Shown: piece after piece, positions 1-10,636 of the stretch
Layout of the letters: each line of letters begins with the position of its first letter
How positions within the stretch are numbered: position 1 is the stretch's first letter
Origin: Patescibacteria group bacterium
GTDB lineage: Bacteria > Patescibacteriota > Saccharimonadia > CAILAD01 > BJGX01
Direction of reading: 5' to 3'
Length of the DNA stretch: 24,000 nt
Assembly (NCBI GenBank): GCA_030917065.1
Contig: JAUPVL010000042.1
Coordinates: 2,419 to 26,418 of the forward strand
Position numbers and translations under genes: made by a program
Notes under the pieces: generated by a model
Told to the model about the DNA's origin: nothing
Databases searched by the model: none
What the model saw: the letters and a program-made list of their open reading frames with translations, nothing else

Positions 1-687
1 GACTATATATTTGCAATCGCCAATAAAAAGTTCGATACTACATCGGCATATGGCAAGAAGCAATTTGCGGCTTTTGTATTACCAACTATCGTGAGTCTAT
101 CAGATGAAATAGAAACTCATCACTATGCCAAGCTTTTGGCTCAGTCAATCGATGTGCCAGAAGAGTCTATCTTGAACAAAATCAATTCAACAAAAGATAG
201 CAAACCAGTCACAGTCGTGAGCAAACCAACGTTAGATGACACGAAACCAACCCAAAAACCCAAGAGAGTCCTTTCTCAACAGGAAAAAATAGAGAGAATC
301 ATACTCGAGCTGATGCTTGCAAATATTTCAGCAAGAGATGCTCTAGATGATATCGAGTATGACGAAATATCAGATTTGCACACTGATGTATTCAAAGTTT
401 TGCGCACTCATCCCAAGTACGATGTCGTAAGAATAGCAAAATTATTGCCAAAATTATCTGATTATGTTAAGATACTTTCATTACGGGGAGAACAAGTGTA
501 TTCTGATTTAACAGAACACGACGCACGGCTCGAAGCCTTTACCCAAATCCATCGACTAAACAAAATCAGCAAAGAAAAGACCAAAAGACAGCTCACCAGA
601 GCGATAGCCCAGGCCGAATCAAATAAAGACTATGCAACAGCCAATAAATTGTTAAAAAAGTATCAAGCCCTAATAAACGAGGAGTAA
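1..687 (+). CDS. dnaG: DNA primase DnaG, C-terminal part (5' truncated by window)
   Basis: Frame 1 is open from base 1 ([57 protein letters not shown]...), resembling the DnaG region before the DnaB-binding domain. It sits immediately upstream of rpoD, as in the dnaG-rpoD arrangement. The tracked start at 91 is an internal Met. Confidence 0.8.
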   Translation, partial: DYIFAIANKKFDTTSAYGKKQFAAFVLPTIVSLSDEIETHHYAKLLAQSIDVPEESILNKINSTKDSKPVTVVSKPTLDDTKPTQKPKRVLSQQEKIERIILELMLANISARDALDDIEYDEISDLHTDVFKVLRTHPKYDVVRIAKLLPKLSDYVKILSLRGEQVYSDLTEHDARLEAFTQIHRLNKISKEKTKRQLTRAIAQAESNKDYATANKLLKKYQALINEE

Positions 688-692
688 TTTTA

Positions 693-1802
693 ATGCCCAA
701 AAAAGCCACACCCGCACCTACCGAAGAAGAACAACATTTACAAAAAGCCATAGAGAAACTAGTGGCCAAAGGCCGCCAAAAAGGTTTTGTTACTCAACAA
801 GAAATATTGTCTGATATGCCAGATGCTGAAAACAGCATCGAAGAACTAGACGACTTGTATTCTGCACTTATTGATCAAGGCATAGAGGTAGTAGATCAAA
901 AAGATAAGATGATATGGCACACCGAGCCAGAAGAAGACATTGAAAACGCTACGAGTGATGACTATATCAAAGACATTGCTGATGACTCAGTGAGATTGTA
1001 TCTACGCGAGATAGGTAAGATCCCGCTGATAAGTGCCGAAGAGGAAGTGTCTCTTGCCAAGCGCATCGAGAAGGGTGACAAGGCTGCCAAAGACGCGCTA
1101 GCCGAAGCCAATTTGCGTCTAGTAGTAAGTATCGCCAAGAAGTACATTGGACGAGGACTAGACCTGCTTGATCTCATCGAAGAGGGCAATACTGGCTTGC
1201 TTCGAGCTGTTGAGAAGTTTGATTACAAAAGAGGGTTTAAGTTTAGCACCTATGCCACTTGGTGGATTCGCCAAGCTATCACCCGTGCTATAGCTGACCA
1301 AGCTAGGGTTATTCGTATACCAGTACACATGGTAGAAACTATCAATAAGCTTGTACGTACTCAAAGACGACTTACAACTGAACTAGGTAGAGAACCAACC
1401 CCGGAAGAATTAGCTAAAGAGCTCGAAATAGATGTAGAAAAAGTCAATCATATATTCAAGATCAGCCAAGATACAACAAGTCTCGACGCAACTGTAGGAG
1501 AAGATGAAGATTCTAGCCTAGGGGACTTTATTGAAGATCAAGATACCGTTAGTCCTCACGACGCAGCTACATTTGAACTGCTCAAGGAGCATATCGATGA
1601 GACATTGAGCATGTTGACTCCGCGCGAACAGAAGATACTACGTATGAGATTTGGACTAGAAGATGGGCGCAGCCACACACTCGAAGAGGTAGGTCAGGAG
1701 TTTGGCGTGACCCGTGAACGCATCCGTCAGATAGAAGCCAAGGCTCTTACCAAGCTACGCAAGCACAAAGACTCCAAGAAGCTCAAAGACTATATTGTAT
1801 AG
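693..1802 (+). CDS. rpoD: RNA polymerase primary sigma factor (sigma70 family)
   Basis: 369 aa. Region 1.2 ([33 protein letters not shown]), region 2 ([46 protein letters not shown]) and region 4 ([26 protein letters not shown]). Confidence 0.97.
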   Translation: MPKKATPAPTEEEQHLQKAIEKLVAKGRQKGFVTQQEILSDMPDAENSIEELDDLYSALIDQGIEVVDQKDKMIWHTEPEEDIENATSDDYIKDIADDSVRLYLREIGKIPLISAEEEVSLAKRIEKGDKAAKDALAEANLRLVVSIAKKYIGRGLDLLDLIEEGNTGLLRAVEKFDYKRGFKFSTYATWWIRQAITRAIADQARVIRIPVHMVETINKLVRTQRRLTTELGREPTPEELAKELEIDVEKVNHIFKISQDTTSLDATVGEDEDSSLGDFIEDQDTVSPHDAATFELLKEHIDETLSMLTPREQKILRMRFGLEDGRSHTLEEVGQEFGVTRERIRQIEAKALTKLRKHKDSKKLKDYIV

Positions 1803-1805
1803 TAC

Positions 1806-2069
1806 CTAGTTTCTGTCTATTCTATTCAAGATATCGTAAAGTGCTTGCTCATCTGGGTCCAGTGCTTCGGATAATGCACGCTTACTATATATTGTTACAA
1901 GCATCTTTCTAGCTCTTTCTGTAAGAGCAAGAATTATTTCAGCATTTTGTTCTACAGTAGAGAGACGCTTAACCCCACCATCCTCACCTGTGCGTGTGAC
2001 TATTGGGTCTTCACCATCAGGCAAGGTCATCTCGATATCACGTTCATCAAATCTTTCTGATTCTGACAT
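1806..2069 (-). CDS. Hypothetical acidic small protein (87 aa), convergent with rpoD
   Basis: Full-length ORF filling the gap between rpoD and the next minus-strand ORF; charged composition, compact spacing. Confidence 0.5.
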   Translation of the reverse strand: MSESERFDERDIEMTLPDGEDPIVTRTGEDGGVKRLSTVEQNAEIILALTERARKMLVTIYSKRALSEALDPDEQALYDILNRIDRN

Positions 2070-2182
2070 TGTTTCCTATCTAGTTACTTTCTTTAGCTAT
2101 GATTATAGCATAATCATTTCAGCAATTTTGATAATTAAACTAAGACCAAGCTGAGTGCTTAGTCTTTGATTGCCTGCAAAAG

Positions 2183-2494
2183 TTAGGTATTTTTATTTTC
2201 ACGTCTTGCGCGCCTTTGTGCCAAGAATTGTATCTCATCACGATCTAGTGGCTGACCTGCTTCTCTCTTTGCAATGAGTTCTGCTTCACGCTTAGCATCG
2301 GGTGTTTGAGTATGTGCCGCTCGAAGGCCTTGTTCATTAGTGCTTTGTTGTATTCCTTCTGCTATACGTCGTGCAGTTTCAGGATCAGGATCGTTGCTGT
2401 ACCCAATATCTTCTCGAGTCTCTTCATCTACTCTAAACTCACTAGGAGGATGTGGAGGTACTCCTCTGGCTGGGTTTGGCGTTGGTTCAGGCAT
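2183..2494 (-). CDS. Hypothetical charged protein (103 aa)
   Basis: MPEPTPNPARGVPPHPPSEFRVDEETREDIGYSNDPDPETARRIAEG...; hydrophilic. The overlapping plus-strand ORF 2306-2506 looks like an antisense shadow. Confidence 0.5.
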   Translation of the reverse strand: MPEPTPNPARGVPPHPPSEFRVDEETREDIGYSNDPDPETARRIAEGIQQSTNEQGLRAAHTQTPDAKREAELIAKREAGQPLDRDEIQFLAQRRARRENKNT

Positions 2495-2542
2495 ACTGTT
2501 ATTTAATCACATATGATATCTAGATGCTATAATAATTATCAT

Positions 2543-5392
2543 ATGAAGAGTCGTAAAAAAATAGTTGTTTTTGATGGCCATGCCTTGGTACACCGAGGTT
2601 ATCATGCTATACCATATCTTACTACTAAAGACGGTACACCCACCAACGCTGTCTATGGCTTTACCATGATGATGCTACTGGCTTTGCGTGAGATACGACC
2701 AGACTACGCTATAGTAGCGTGGGACGCCCCTGGTAAGACTTTTCGACACGATCAGTTCAAAGACTATAAGGCTACACGTGTAAAGGCTCCAGACGAGCTC
2801 TACGCCCAAATGCCACTCACCAAGGACGTGGTCAGTGCATTCAATATTCCACTCATAGAGTCTGCTGGCTATGAGGCAGATGACATCATTGGTACACTGA
2901 CCAAAAACTACGAAAAATCACACGATGTAGTAGTGGTTACCGGCGATCTGGACGAATTACAGCTAGTCAGTGATACTGTCAGTGTATACACTATGCGCAA
3001 AGGCTTCACTGATACATTTATGTACGATCCAGCTGCAGTACACGAGCGCTACGGCGTTACCCCTGAAGAATTCATAGTATACAAAGCACTAAAAGGGGAT
3101 AGTAGTGACAATATACCAGGTGTTGCTGGCATAGGCGACAAAGGAGCGACAGAGCTAGTCGAGAAATACAAAACACTAGATAATATGTACAAACATCTAG
3201 ATGAGATCAAGCCAGCCCTAGCCAAGAAGCTAGAGGCCGGCAAAGACAATGCATATCTGAGTCTAGAACTATCTACTATCAAAAGAGATGTAGATATTGA
3301 ATTTAAGCTCCAAGATGCAGCACTGCATGAATATGATAGAAAAAAAGTCTTTGATCTTTTTCACAAGCTAGAATTCAAAAGCTTGCTATCGAAGTTACCC
3401 AATCAGTCATTTACAGAGGAACAGCAGCTCTCTACCCAAGAAGCAGTAGAGGAGATAGAGACTGCCACTAAGAGTCGAGACCATCTGAAAAAAGCCAAAT
3501 ATCATACTGTGGATTCTGACAAGTCTCTCGACACACTAGTGGCAAAACTAAATAAACAATCAGTGTTTTCGATAGATACCGAGACAACTAGCACCGACGT
3601 GATGAAAGCACATCTGGTGGGTATTTCTGTGTGCTTCGAGGAGTGTGAAGCTTACTACATACCAGTCGGTCACACATTGAACGACAAAGATGACAGTCAT
3701 TACATTGATGACAATAAGAAGACTCAAGCTTCAATTTTTGAAAAAGATGCATCTGAGTATGAGAATCTTAGCCTAGCCGACGGTCAATTGTCCAGACAAA
3801 AAGTACTAGATGCTTTAAGGCCCGTACTAGAAAGCACCAAGATAGGCAAGATCGGCCACAATCTCAAATATGATTATCAGATATTTGCAAACAACGGTGT
3901 GCATATGGAAAATATTGTATTTGATACGATGGTCGCAGCATTTCTTATCAATCCTATCGGTAGAGCACAGACTTTATCAGAGCTAGCATACGCGGAGTTG
4001 GGTATATCGATGATAGATATAGAAGAACTAATAGGAAAAAAAGGTAAGAGCCAAGGATCTTTTAACGAGGTGGAGGTATCAAAGGCCACTCAGTATGCCG
4101 CCGAAGATGCCGATGTTGCATTGCGCTTGTACAATAAACTGACTCAAGCGCTCGAACATGAACCTACTGGTACCAAAAAACTCGCCAATATGGCTCGGCA
4201 ATTGGAGTGGCCACTGATAGAAGTATTGGGTGATATGGAGTTGACTGGCGTCACTCTGGACGTGGCATATCTAGGCAAACTAGCCAAAGAGTTTGGTTCA
4301 AAACTGGATAAAATAAAATCAGCCATCTACAAACATGCTGGACGTGAGTTCAATATTAGTTCTACCCAACAGCTCAAAGTGATACTTTTTGATGAGCTCA
4401 AGATAGACACTACTGGTCTCAAAAAGATCAAAACAGGTGTGAGCACTGCAGCAGGAGAGCTAGAGAAGCTCAAAGGTAAGCACCCTATAGTAGATGAGTT
4501 GTTTGAGTATCGAGAACTTACCAAGCTCATGAGCACCTACGTCGAAGCTTTGCCTAACTATGTAGCAAGCGACGGAAAGATACACACTAGCTACAACCAG
4601 ACTATCGCTCAAACTGGACGTCTCAATAGCACCAATCCCAATCTACAAAACATACCCGTACGAACAGTAGAGGGCAAACGCATTCGCAGAGCCTTTGTAG
4701 TAGATGAAAGGAATGTATTTGTATCCGCAGACTACAGCCAGATAGAGCTCAGACTAGCTGCCGATCTTGCAGGTGACAAGCCGATGATCAAGGCATTCAA
4801 AGACGGTATGGACATACATACGCTGACAAGTGCTGAGATGTTTGGTATCAAACCCAGTGAAGTTACACCTGAGCAGCGCTATGCCGCCAAGGCCATCAAC
4901 TTTGGTGTGTTATACGGCATGAACACCCATGGTCTGGCAGTAGCTACAGGGTTTAGTTACGAGCAGTCCAAAGAATTTATAGATAGGTATTTTGAGTTGC
5001 GAAAGGGTGTGGCTGACTACATAGCTAGCATCAAAAAGATGGCACACGACAAAGGCTACACTGAGACTATCTTTGGCAGAAGAAGACCTTGCCCGGACGT
5101 GCGTTCGAGCAATTTTATAGTACGTTCGGCGGCTGAACGAGCAGCTGTCAATATGCCTTTGCAAGGTACCGCTGCCGATATGATGAAGCTAGCGATGATT
5201 CGGATACACAAGAAGCTACCCAAAGATGCCAAGTTGATATTACAAATCCATGATGAATTGGTGGTAGAATGTCCAAAAGCTTTGTCCAAAGAAGTTGCCA
5301 AGATTATGCAAACTGAGATGGTAGGGGTACATAAGTTCAAAGTGCCGATAGAAGTAGATATATCCTTCGGAGACAACTGGGGAGAGCTGTAG
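2543..5392 (+). CDS. polA: DNA polymerase I
   Basis: 5'-3' exonuclease domain (VVFDGHALVHRGYHA...GDLDELQLV), 3'-5' exonuclease (FSIDTETTS...HNLKYDYQIF) and polymerase motifs (YSQIELRLAADLAGD, RYAAKAINFGVLYGM, LQIHDELVVE). The in-frame ATG at 2543 (MKSRKKIVVFDGHALVHRG) fits the N-terminus better than 2513. Confidence 0.97.
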   Translation: MKSRKKIVVFDGHALVHRGYHAIPYLTTKDGTPTNAVYGFTMMMLLALREIRPDYAIVAWDAPGKTFRHDQFKDYKATRVKAPDELYAQMPLTKDVVSAFNIPLIESAGYEADDIIGTLTKNYEKSHDVVVVTGDLDELQLVSDTVSVYTMRKGFTDTFMYDPAAVHERYGVTPEEFIVYKALKGDSSDNIPGVAGIGDKGATELVEKYKTLDNMYKHLDEIKPALAKKLEAGKDNAYLSLELSTIKRDVDIEFKLQDAALHEYDRKKVFDLFHKLEFKSLLSKLPNQSFTEEQQLSTQEAVEEIETATKSRDHLKKAKYHTVDSDKSLDTLVAKLNKQSVFSIDTETTSTDVMKAHLVGISVCFEECEAYYIPVGHTLNDKDDSHYIDDNKKTQASIFEKDASEYENLSLADGQLSRQKVLDALRPVLESTKIGKIGHNLKYDYQIFANNGVHMENIVFDTMVAAFLINPIGRAQTLSELAYAELGISMIDIEELIGKKGKSQGSFNEVEVSKATQYAAEDADVALRLYNKLTQALEHEPTGTKKLANMARQLEWPLIEVLGDMELTGVTLDVAYLGKLAKEFGSKLDKIKSAIYKHAGREFNISSTQQLKVILFDELKIDTTGLKKIKTGVSTAAGELEKLKGKHPIVDELFEYRELTKLMSTYVEALPNYVASDGKIHTSYNQTIAQTGRLNSTNPNLQNIPVRTVEGKRIRRAFVVDERNVFVSADYSQIELRLAADLAGDKPMIKAFKDGMDIHTLTSAEMFGIKPSEVTPEQRYAAKAINFGVLYGMNTHGLAVATGFSYEQSKEFIDRYFELRKGVADYIASIKKMAHDKGYTETIFGRRRPCPDVRSSNFIVRSAAERAAVNMPLQGTAADMMKLAMIRIHKKLPKDAKLILQIHDELVVECPKALSKEVAKIMQTEMVGVHKFKVPIEVDISFGDNWGEL

Positions 5393-5403
5393 CAAACAGA
5401 AAA

Positions 5404-5436
5404 CCCACCCTGGACTCTGCAGGAGTCCAGGGTGGG
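5404..5436. terminator. Perfect 14-bp hairpin between convergent polA (+) and ORF 5454-5651 (-)
   Basis: CCCACCCTGGACTC-tgcag-GAGTCCAGGGTGGG. No T-tract on either side, so terminator function is an inference from position. Confidence 0.55.
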
Positions 5437-5453
5437 ATATAGGCGACTTGCGG

Positions 5454-5651
5454 CTAGTCACTCAAGTGGGAGATATCACCCCACCAAAAGAATATTCGAA
5501 CTACAAAACAGGCAAAGACGACTATTAGAAATGGGATGGCGTATATTGGCTTTGCATTGAACAGTACTAGTACAAACATCGCCAAGGCGGATAGGATAGA
5601 TATACCCATTAGGCTTCTGTCAATCCATACGGGTCGGTCGGCAATATCCAT
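5454..5651 (-). CDS. Small membrane protein, two predicted TM segments (65 aa)
   Basis: MDIADRPVWIDRSLMGISILSALAMFVLVLFNAKPIYAIPFLIVVFACFVVRIFFWWG. Minus-strand SD-like AGGAG about 6 nt before the ATG. Confidence 0.6.
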   Translation of the reverse strand: MDIADRPVWIDRSLMGISILSALAMFVLVLFNAKPIYAIPFLIVVFACFVVRIFFWWGDISHLSD

Positions 5652-5800
5652 TTTTAGCTCCTGTCATTCGAACTTCGAGGGTGCAAAAATCAGCAAAGTT
5701 ATTATAGCCCAATCTGTACAATATGCAATAATATGTATATTACTGGTAGCTCTTGGCTTGTTTGCTAGTGTGAGATATAACTGTTCTAATCAAGTGATTA

Positions 5801-6124
5801 TTATAACAATTCAAACCAAATAATTTTGATGATAGTTTCTGGGCCAACACTACAGTTATAGTATCTAGAATATGTATCATACATTTCCCGTTCAGAATCA
5901 AAGGTCTCGTGACCTTCCTTGTCTTCTTCTGTTAGTTTTGCTAGGGGTTTTTCAACTACTTTGGTAACAACTGCTTTCGCAAAAGGCTGTAGTGTCTCCC
6001 AGACTATCAGCTCTAGACTATTACCTACTTTGATGTCTTTGTCATCAAATAATCGCCAAGTAGATTTCTTTGTTCCATCAAGCACTAACTTCGATAGACT
6101 TTTCCTAAACTTCAGCGCTTTCAT
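5801..6124 (-). CDS. ASCH-domain-like protein (107 aa)
   Basis: MKALKFRKSLSKLVLDGTKKSTWRLFDDKDIKVGNSLELIVWE... matches the layout of ASCH/PUA-like proteins (basic start, K.STWR, D.KV.G..LEL). Confidence 0.65.
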   Translation of the reverse strand: MKALKFRKSLSKLVLDGTKKSTWRLFDDKDIKVGNSLELIVWETLQPFAKAVVTKVVEKPLAKLTEEDKEGHETFDSEREMYDTYSRYYNCSVGPETIIKIIWFELL

Positions 6125-6151
6125 AAGTAGTGGTTATATCAATAAAATATA

Positions 6152-7954
6152 TCATTGGTAGCTCTTGGCTTGTTTGGTAAATAGTTCATGGTACACGCCT
6201 TTGTTTTTCATAAGATCGGCGTGAGTGCCTTGTTCTATTATCTTGCCGTGGTCTATTACTACTATATTGTCAGCCTCGCGCACAGTACTGAAGCGGTGTG
6301 ATATGACTATAGCGCCCTTCTGGGCTTGCCGTTTCCAGAGGCGGTGAAATATCTCGGCTTCGGCCCTGGCGTCTATAGCACTGGTGGGTTCGTCAAGTAC
6401 CAGTATAGGAGATTGCTTATAGAAAGCTCGAGCAAGGGCAATTTTCTGCCATTGTCCACCTGAGAGCTCTACCGAGTCTTCGAATACACGCGTCAGCCTC
6501 GTATTCTCTTGTTGAGCCAGTTCTTTTACAAACCCAGCCTGCGCATCGTTGAGCGCAGATTTTAATCTCTTACTATCCGGTTTATTATCAAGGTCAAAGC
6601 TGATGTTTTCTCCCACAGTCAGTGGATATCGATGAAAGTCTTGAGATATTATTGCGAGCTTCTTATACCAACTATTGAGATCTATCTTGCGTAGATCCAT
6701 GCCATCAATGAGTATTCGACCTTCTGTAGGGTCATAGAATCTCAGTAGCAACTTGGTGATAGTAGTCTTGCCGGCACCATTCACACCGATAAGCGCCATT
6801 TTTTCTTTTGATTCTAGCTTAAAGCTTACGGTATGCAGTATCTGTTTCTTGGTATTGGGGTAAGTGAAGCTAACATTTTCAAACTCGATACTAGGTACTT
6901 TGTTGTCATCTTTGAGTACGATAGGGTCTTTTGGCTTGGCCAATCGCGAAGGAGCATTCATGAAAACAAAATAATCTTCGATGTTGATGAGTTCTTCATA
7001 CACATCCTTGAAGTTGCGTACCAGTGAAGTACTGGAGTTCTCGAGTCGAGATATTAAACTATCATAGAAGGTATAGTCACCAATACTAAATATACCCTTG
7101 GTACTTATAATCTTATAAAACAACCATATACGCGTAAGTACAGCTGTTAGCACACCCGTCACATCGGCAACAGCTTGTATCTGTGAGTATTTTTTTTGTG
7201 CATTTGTTTCGATATCGTACATCTCGTTTTGATTTTTACGCATACGGCTTAAGAATGCTTTTTCAGCCATAAAAGGCCTGATCTCTTTGAGCAGATTCCA
7301 ATCCATCAACACATCTCTAAGATGCCAGTTGAACCTTCTGCGTTCAGATATCAAGAGATTGATCTTGCGCCAACTACCAGCGGTGTAGATACTCGATATT
7401 AGTCTAGGTAGAGTAGATATGACTGCTAGTACAAACAACACCCAGTTGAGTTGGAGTATGGCAACGCTGGCTATTAGTACGGTTACGATATCGGAGATCA
7501 TCTTGCTAGTACTGCGCATTACCCAGCTGATATTGAGTTTTTCTACGCGTGACAGAGTATTTTGAAATTCAGCATCCTCAAAGTGTGCAGCATCTATTTC
7601 TGAGCTACGTTTGGCAATGTGTAAATTGAGTGAGTATTGAGCCTTCAAGTCTAGTTTGGTCATGAAATAATCTTGGATGTTTCGGATCAGTGGCTCAGCT
7701 ACTCCTGCTAGAGTTGCAATACCTACTAGGTACCAGAACTTCGGAAATACCGTCGTGACCTTACCTCCTATGAATAGTGCTATGAGATTGATGATCTGAG
7801 CATATATATAGCTTCTACCTATTGATATCAGAGTAGCCAAAACATCTAATATTGGATAAATAATAGATCGCCAGCCTGTCAGCTGCCATTGCAACTTAAA
7901 TACTTGTACAAAATATTTAAGCAAGGGTTTTCTAGTCTTGGGTTTGTCTTGCAT
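6152..7954 (-). CDS. ABC transporter, fused permease/ATP-binding protein (600 aa)
   Basis: N-terminal transmembrane region, Walker A GVNGAGKTTITK, signature LSGGQWQK, Walker B SPILVLDEPTS, H-loop VISHR. Confidence 0.95.
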   Translation of the reverse strand: MQDKPKTRKPLLKYFVQVFKLQWQLTGWRSIIYPILDVLATLISIGRSYIYAQIINLIALFIGGKVTTVFPKFWYLVGIATLAGVAEPLIRNIQDYFMTKLDLKAQYSLNLHIAKRSSEIDAAHFEDAEFQNTLSRVEKLNISWVMRSTSKMISDIVTVLIASVAILQLNWVLFVLAVISTLPRLISSIYTAGSWRKINLLISERRRFNWHLRDVLMDWNLLKEIRPFMAEKAFLSRMRKNQNEMYDIETNAQKKYSQIQAVADVTGVLTAVLTRIWLFYKIISTKGIFSIGDYTFYDSLISRLENSSTSLVRNFKDVYEELINIEDYFVFMNAPSRLAKPKDPIVLKDDNKVPSIEFENVSFTYPNTKKQILHTVSFKLESKEKMALIGVNGAGKTTITKLLLRFYDPTEGRILIDGMDLRKIDLNSWYKKLAIISQDFHRYPLTVGENISFDLDNKPDSKRLKSALNDAQAGFVKELAQQENTRLTRVFEDSVELSGGQWQKIALARAFYKQSPILVLDEPTSAIDARAEAEIFHRLWKRQAQKGAIVISHRFSTVREADNIVVIDHGKIIEQGTHADLMKNKGVYHELFTKQAKSYQ

Positions 7955-8082
7955 TTAAGGGGTTATATTATAATTGCTTATTCACTTTCGCTCTTATGCT
8001 AGCAATTGTATCCTACTAGGAGCTCATCAGTACAGACCTTATCTGTAGAGTGAATTTGAAGAAGGAGAGAAGAGGAGGGGTG

Positions 8083-8154
8083 GAGCCGCAAGGCACCAGG
8101 GAGTATGAATAGTCCTTGAAGGATGTTTTCAGGGACTCCCTGGTGCTGCGGCTC
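8083..8154 (-). terminator. Long GC-rich hairpin at the 3' end of the 78-aa minus-strand ORF
   Basis: GAGCCGCA(AG)GCACCAGGGAGT (8083-8104) pairs with ACTCCCTGGTGCTGCGGCTC (8135-8154): 20 bp with a 2-nt bulge, abutting the stop codon. On the minus strand it is followed by a polypyrimidine stretch, not a true T-tract. Confidence 0.5.
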
Positions 8155-8389
8155 ACCACCTGCGGGCGCGGTCGAGATCTCGTTGGAGATCACGGTTCTG
8201 GGCTCGCAGGTCCTCAGCACGACGGCGCTGGAGCACTAGCAGGGTGATGAGGACGACCACGACAGCGATCAGTCCGAACACCACCGGGTAGCTTGCACAT
8301 GCCGCGATGATGAACACTCCCGCAGCTAGGGCGAATATCCCTTTCGCCAGGTTGTCGAAGAACTTCTGGACGGGCTTGGACTCAGCCAA
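8153..8389 (-). CDS. Small membrane protein with C-terminal coiled-coil-like tail (78 aa)
   Basis: Minus strand reads AGAAGGAGAGAAAC-TTG-GCTGAG: strong SD and TTG start. Hydrophobic AKGIFALAAGVFIIAACASYPVVFGLIAVVVVLITLLVL, then RRRAEDLRAQNRDLQRDLDRARRW. Confidence 0.7.
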   Translation of the reverse strand: MAESKPVQKFFDNLAKGIFALAAGVFIIAACASYPVVFGLIAVVVVLITLLVLQRRRAEDLRAQNRDLQRDLDRARRW

Positions 8390-8526
8390 GTTTCTCTCCT
8401 TCTGTCAAGGTACGGCTCAGATACTTTCCGGGCCATAGGATAGGATAGCACAAACACTATAAACTGTCAATACTATTTAACACTTTTTATGATGAGTATC
8501 ATACAGGAGTAGGCTATAATAGTATT

Positions 8527-9414
8527 ATGCCAGAATTACCAGAAGTAGAAACAGTACGTGCCGGACTTGCCGAGATACTAGTAGATCAACGTATCAAAAG
8601 TGTTAGTACAGACTGGCCCAAAAGCTTTCCGAACGATCCCAAGATAGTGCGAGACAAAGTAGTCGAGTCCACTATCTTATCTGTAGATAGACGCGGAAAG
8701 GCGCTTATCATCCCACTTAGTGGTGGGTATAGTTTACTTATACACCTCAAGATGACCGGACAGTTGGTATATAGAGCTCGCAACTCAGCCGAGGGGTTTG
8801 GCGGCGGTCACCCTACAGACAGCCTTATACACAAGCTACCAGATCGGTCTACTAGAGTGATATTTGAGCTCACTGATGGTACGTTGTTCTTCAACGATCA
8901 ACGTAAGTTTGGATATGTGAAGCTAGAAAAGTCCAAAGATATATACAAGACCAATGCTTTTTTGCGCAAATTAGGACCAGAGCCACTAACTGACGACTAT
9001 ACCTTTGAGATGTTCAAGACAGCACTCATGAAAAGACAGAATACTACTATCAAGGCTGCCATACTTGATCAGACAGTTCTTGCAGGGGTAGGCAATATCT
9101 ATGCTGATGAAGGACTGTTCGCAGCTCGCATACACCCCAGCACCAGAGTGGGCGATATTAGTACTATCAAGCTCAAACGACTGTACAACGCACTTAGAGA
9201 GGTGATGAAGCTCAGTATTGAGCTAGGAGGCAGTTCAGATAGAAACTATGTGGATGCCAAGGGCAACAAAGGCAGTTATCTCAAATTTGCCAAAGTTTTT
9301 CGTCGCGAAAAACAACCTTGTATCAATTGTAAGACTGAAATCAAAAAGATACGTGTGGCGGGCCGAGGAACCCATGTTTGTCCACATTGTCAAAAGCTAA
9401 CAACAAAAAAATAA
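8527..9414 (+). CDS. mutM: Formamidopyrimidine-DNA glycosylase
   Basis: MPELPEVETVRAGL N-terminus, GNIYADEGLFAARIHP, C-terminal zinc finger CINCKTEIKKIRVAGRGTHVCPHCQ. Confidence 0.96.
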   Translation: MPELPEVETVRAGLAEILVDQRIKSVSTDWPKSFPNDPKIVRDKVVESTILSVDRRGKALIIPLSGGYSLLIHLKMTGQLVYRARNSAEGFGGGHPTDSLIHKLPDRSTRVIFELTDGTLFFNDQRKFGYVKLEKSKDIYKTNAFLRKLGPEPLTDDYTFEMFKTALMKRQNTTIKAAILDQTVLAGVGNIYADEGLFAARIHPSTRVGDISTIKLKRLYNALREVMKLSIELGGSSDRNYVDAKGNKGSYLKFAKVFRREKQPCINCKTEIKKIRVAGRGTHVCPHCQKLTTKK

Positions 9415-9459
9415 TATCTCTTACTTGATACTTTATATAACTTCATAAATACTAGATAC

Positions 9460-10380
9460 ATGCTTATATACTTATATGGAGAAAACCAATACGCTATCAA
9501 GCAAAAGATAGACGGCATCAAACGACAATATATCGATAAGACAGGGGGAGACGCCGATATGCAGACATTTGATATGTCGGAGCATAGTCTGTCTGATTTA
9601 TTGAATGCTTTTAGCGTAATGCCAATGTTCGTGAGTAGTCGATTGTTTGTGTTGCGCAATTTGGATATTCTGAAGCTCTCCAAAGACAAGCTAGACAAGC
9701 TTATCAGTTCCATATCAGATAGTACCAATGTAGTAGTGGTAGACACCAAGCCAGACAAGCGCAGCGTGTATTTCAAGACTATCACAAAGCTCAAGAATGC
9801 CAAATATTTTGGTCAGCTCACCCCTCAGCAGTTAGTCAATTGGATAAGGGAGAGGGCCAAAGAACTAGGTGGAGATATTGATAACACAGCTGTGAGCCTA
9901 CTAATAGATAGGGTGGGCAACGATCAATGGCAACTCGATCAAGAACTCCAAAAGCTCACAAATAATAACTCCCATATTTCTAAGGAAAGTATTGAGCAAT
10001 TAGTTGTTCCAAATTTGAGTAACTCAGCATTTATGATGATAGACGCCATCATCCGCAAAGACACCAAGAAGGCAGCATCTATATATGAGAGTCTGATAGT
10101 GCAAGGCGAGGCTGATCAGATGATACTTGGCGCCATCACCTATCAATATCGCATATTGGTACTAGCTAAGGATAATGCAGGAAAGAGTAGCGACTGGCAA
10201 AATGAGCTAGGTATTTCGCCGTATGCTGCTACCAAAGCTCAAAATCTCATCAAGAATATAGAAATGGGGCAACTAAGATCTGCATACCAAAGTATCATTG
10301 ATACTGATATGGTCATCAAGACTGGTGCGCTCAACTCAAATGATGCACTAAGAGATCTGATACTGAAATTATCTACGTAG
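9460..10380 (+). CDS. holA: DNA polymerase III delta subunit family protein
   Basis: MLIYLYGENQYAIKQKIDGIKRQYIDKTGG... SLLVDR-like VSLLIDRVGNDQWQLDQELQKL, ILGAITYQYRILVLAK: HolA-type layout. Confidence 0.8.
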   Translation: MLIYLYGENQYAIKQKIDGIKRQYIDKTGGDADMQTFDMSEHSLSDLLNAFSVMPMFVSSRLFVLRNLDILKLSKDKLDKLISSISDSTNVVVVDTKPDKRSVYFKTITKLKNAKYFGQLTPQQLVNWIRERAKELGGDIDNTAVSLLIDRVGNDQWQLDQELQKLTNNNSHISKESIEQLVVPNLSNSAFMMIDAIIRKDTKKAASIYESLIVQGEADQMILGAITYQYRILVLAKDNAGKSSDWQNELGISPYAATKAQNLIKNIEMGQLRSAYQSIIDTDMVIKTGALNSNDALRDLILKLST

Positions 10381-10468
10381 TATAGTTTTTGTAAGATTGT
10401 TCAGGTATGTTATTCTAAAGCTGATACTACAAAAGTATAGAACCTCTAGAGTAGAAAGGCATTGCTAC

Positions 10469-10636
10469 ATGGAGCATGTAGGCAGTAGCGAAATACAATC
10501 ATTGCTTGTCCTCGTTAAGCCGAAAAGCATAATTTGTTCAGAGTGTCACGGAGTCGCAGTTTTAGATCAACACAAATCCAATTGTTCTCGTTGGATTTCG
10601 CCCAGCGCATACAAAAAGGAGAACGGTCATGGATAA
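10469..10636 (+). CDS. Small Cys/His-containing protein (about 55 aa; possible zinc binding)
   Basis: Internal ATG of ORF 10397-10636 preceded by AAAGG (tagaaaggcattgctacATG). MEHVGSSEIQSLLVLVKPKSIICSECHGVAVLDQHKSNCSRWISPSAYKKENGHG. Its end overlaps the next start. Confidence 0.45.
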   Translation: MEHVGSSEIQSLLVLVKPKSIICSECHGVAVLDQHKSNCSRWISPSAYKKENGHG

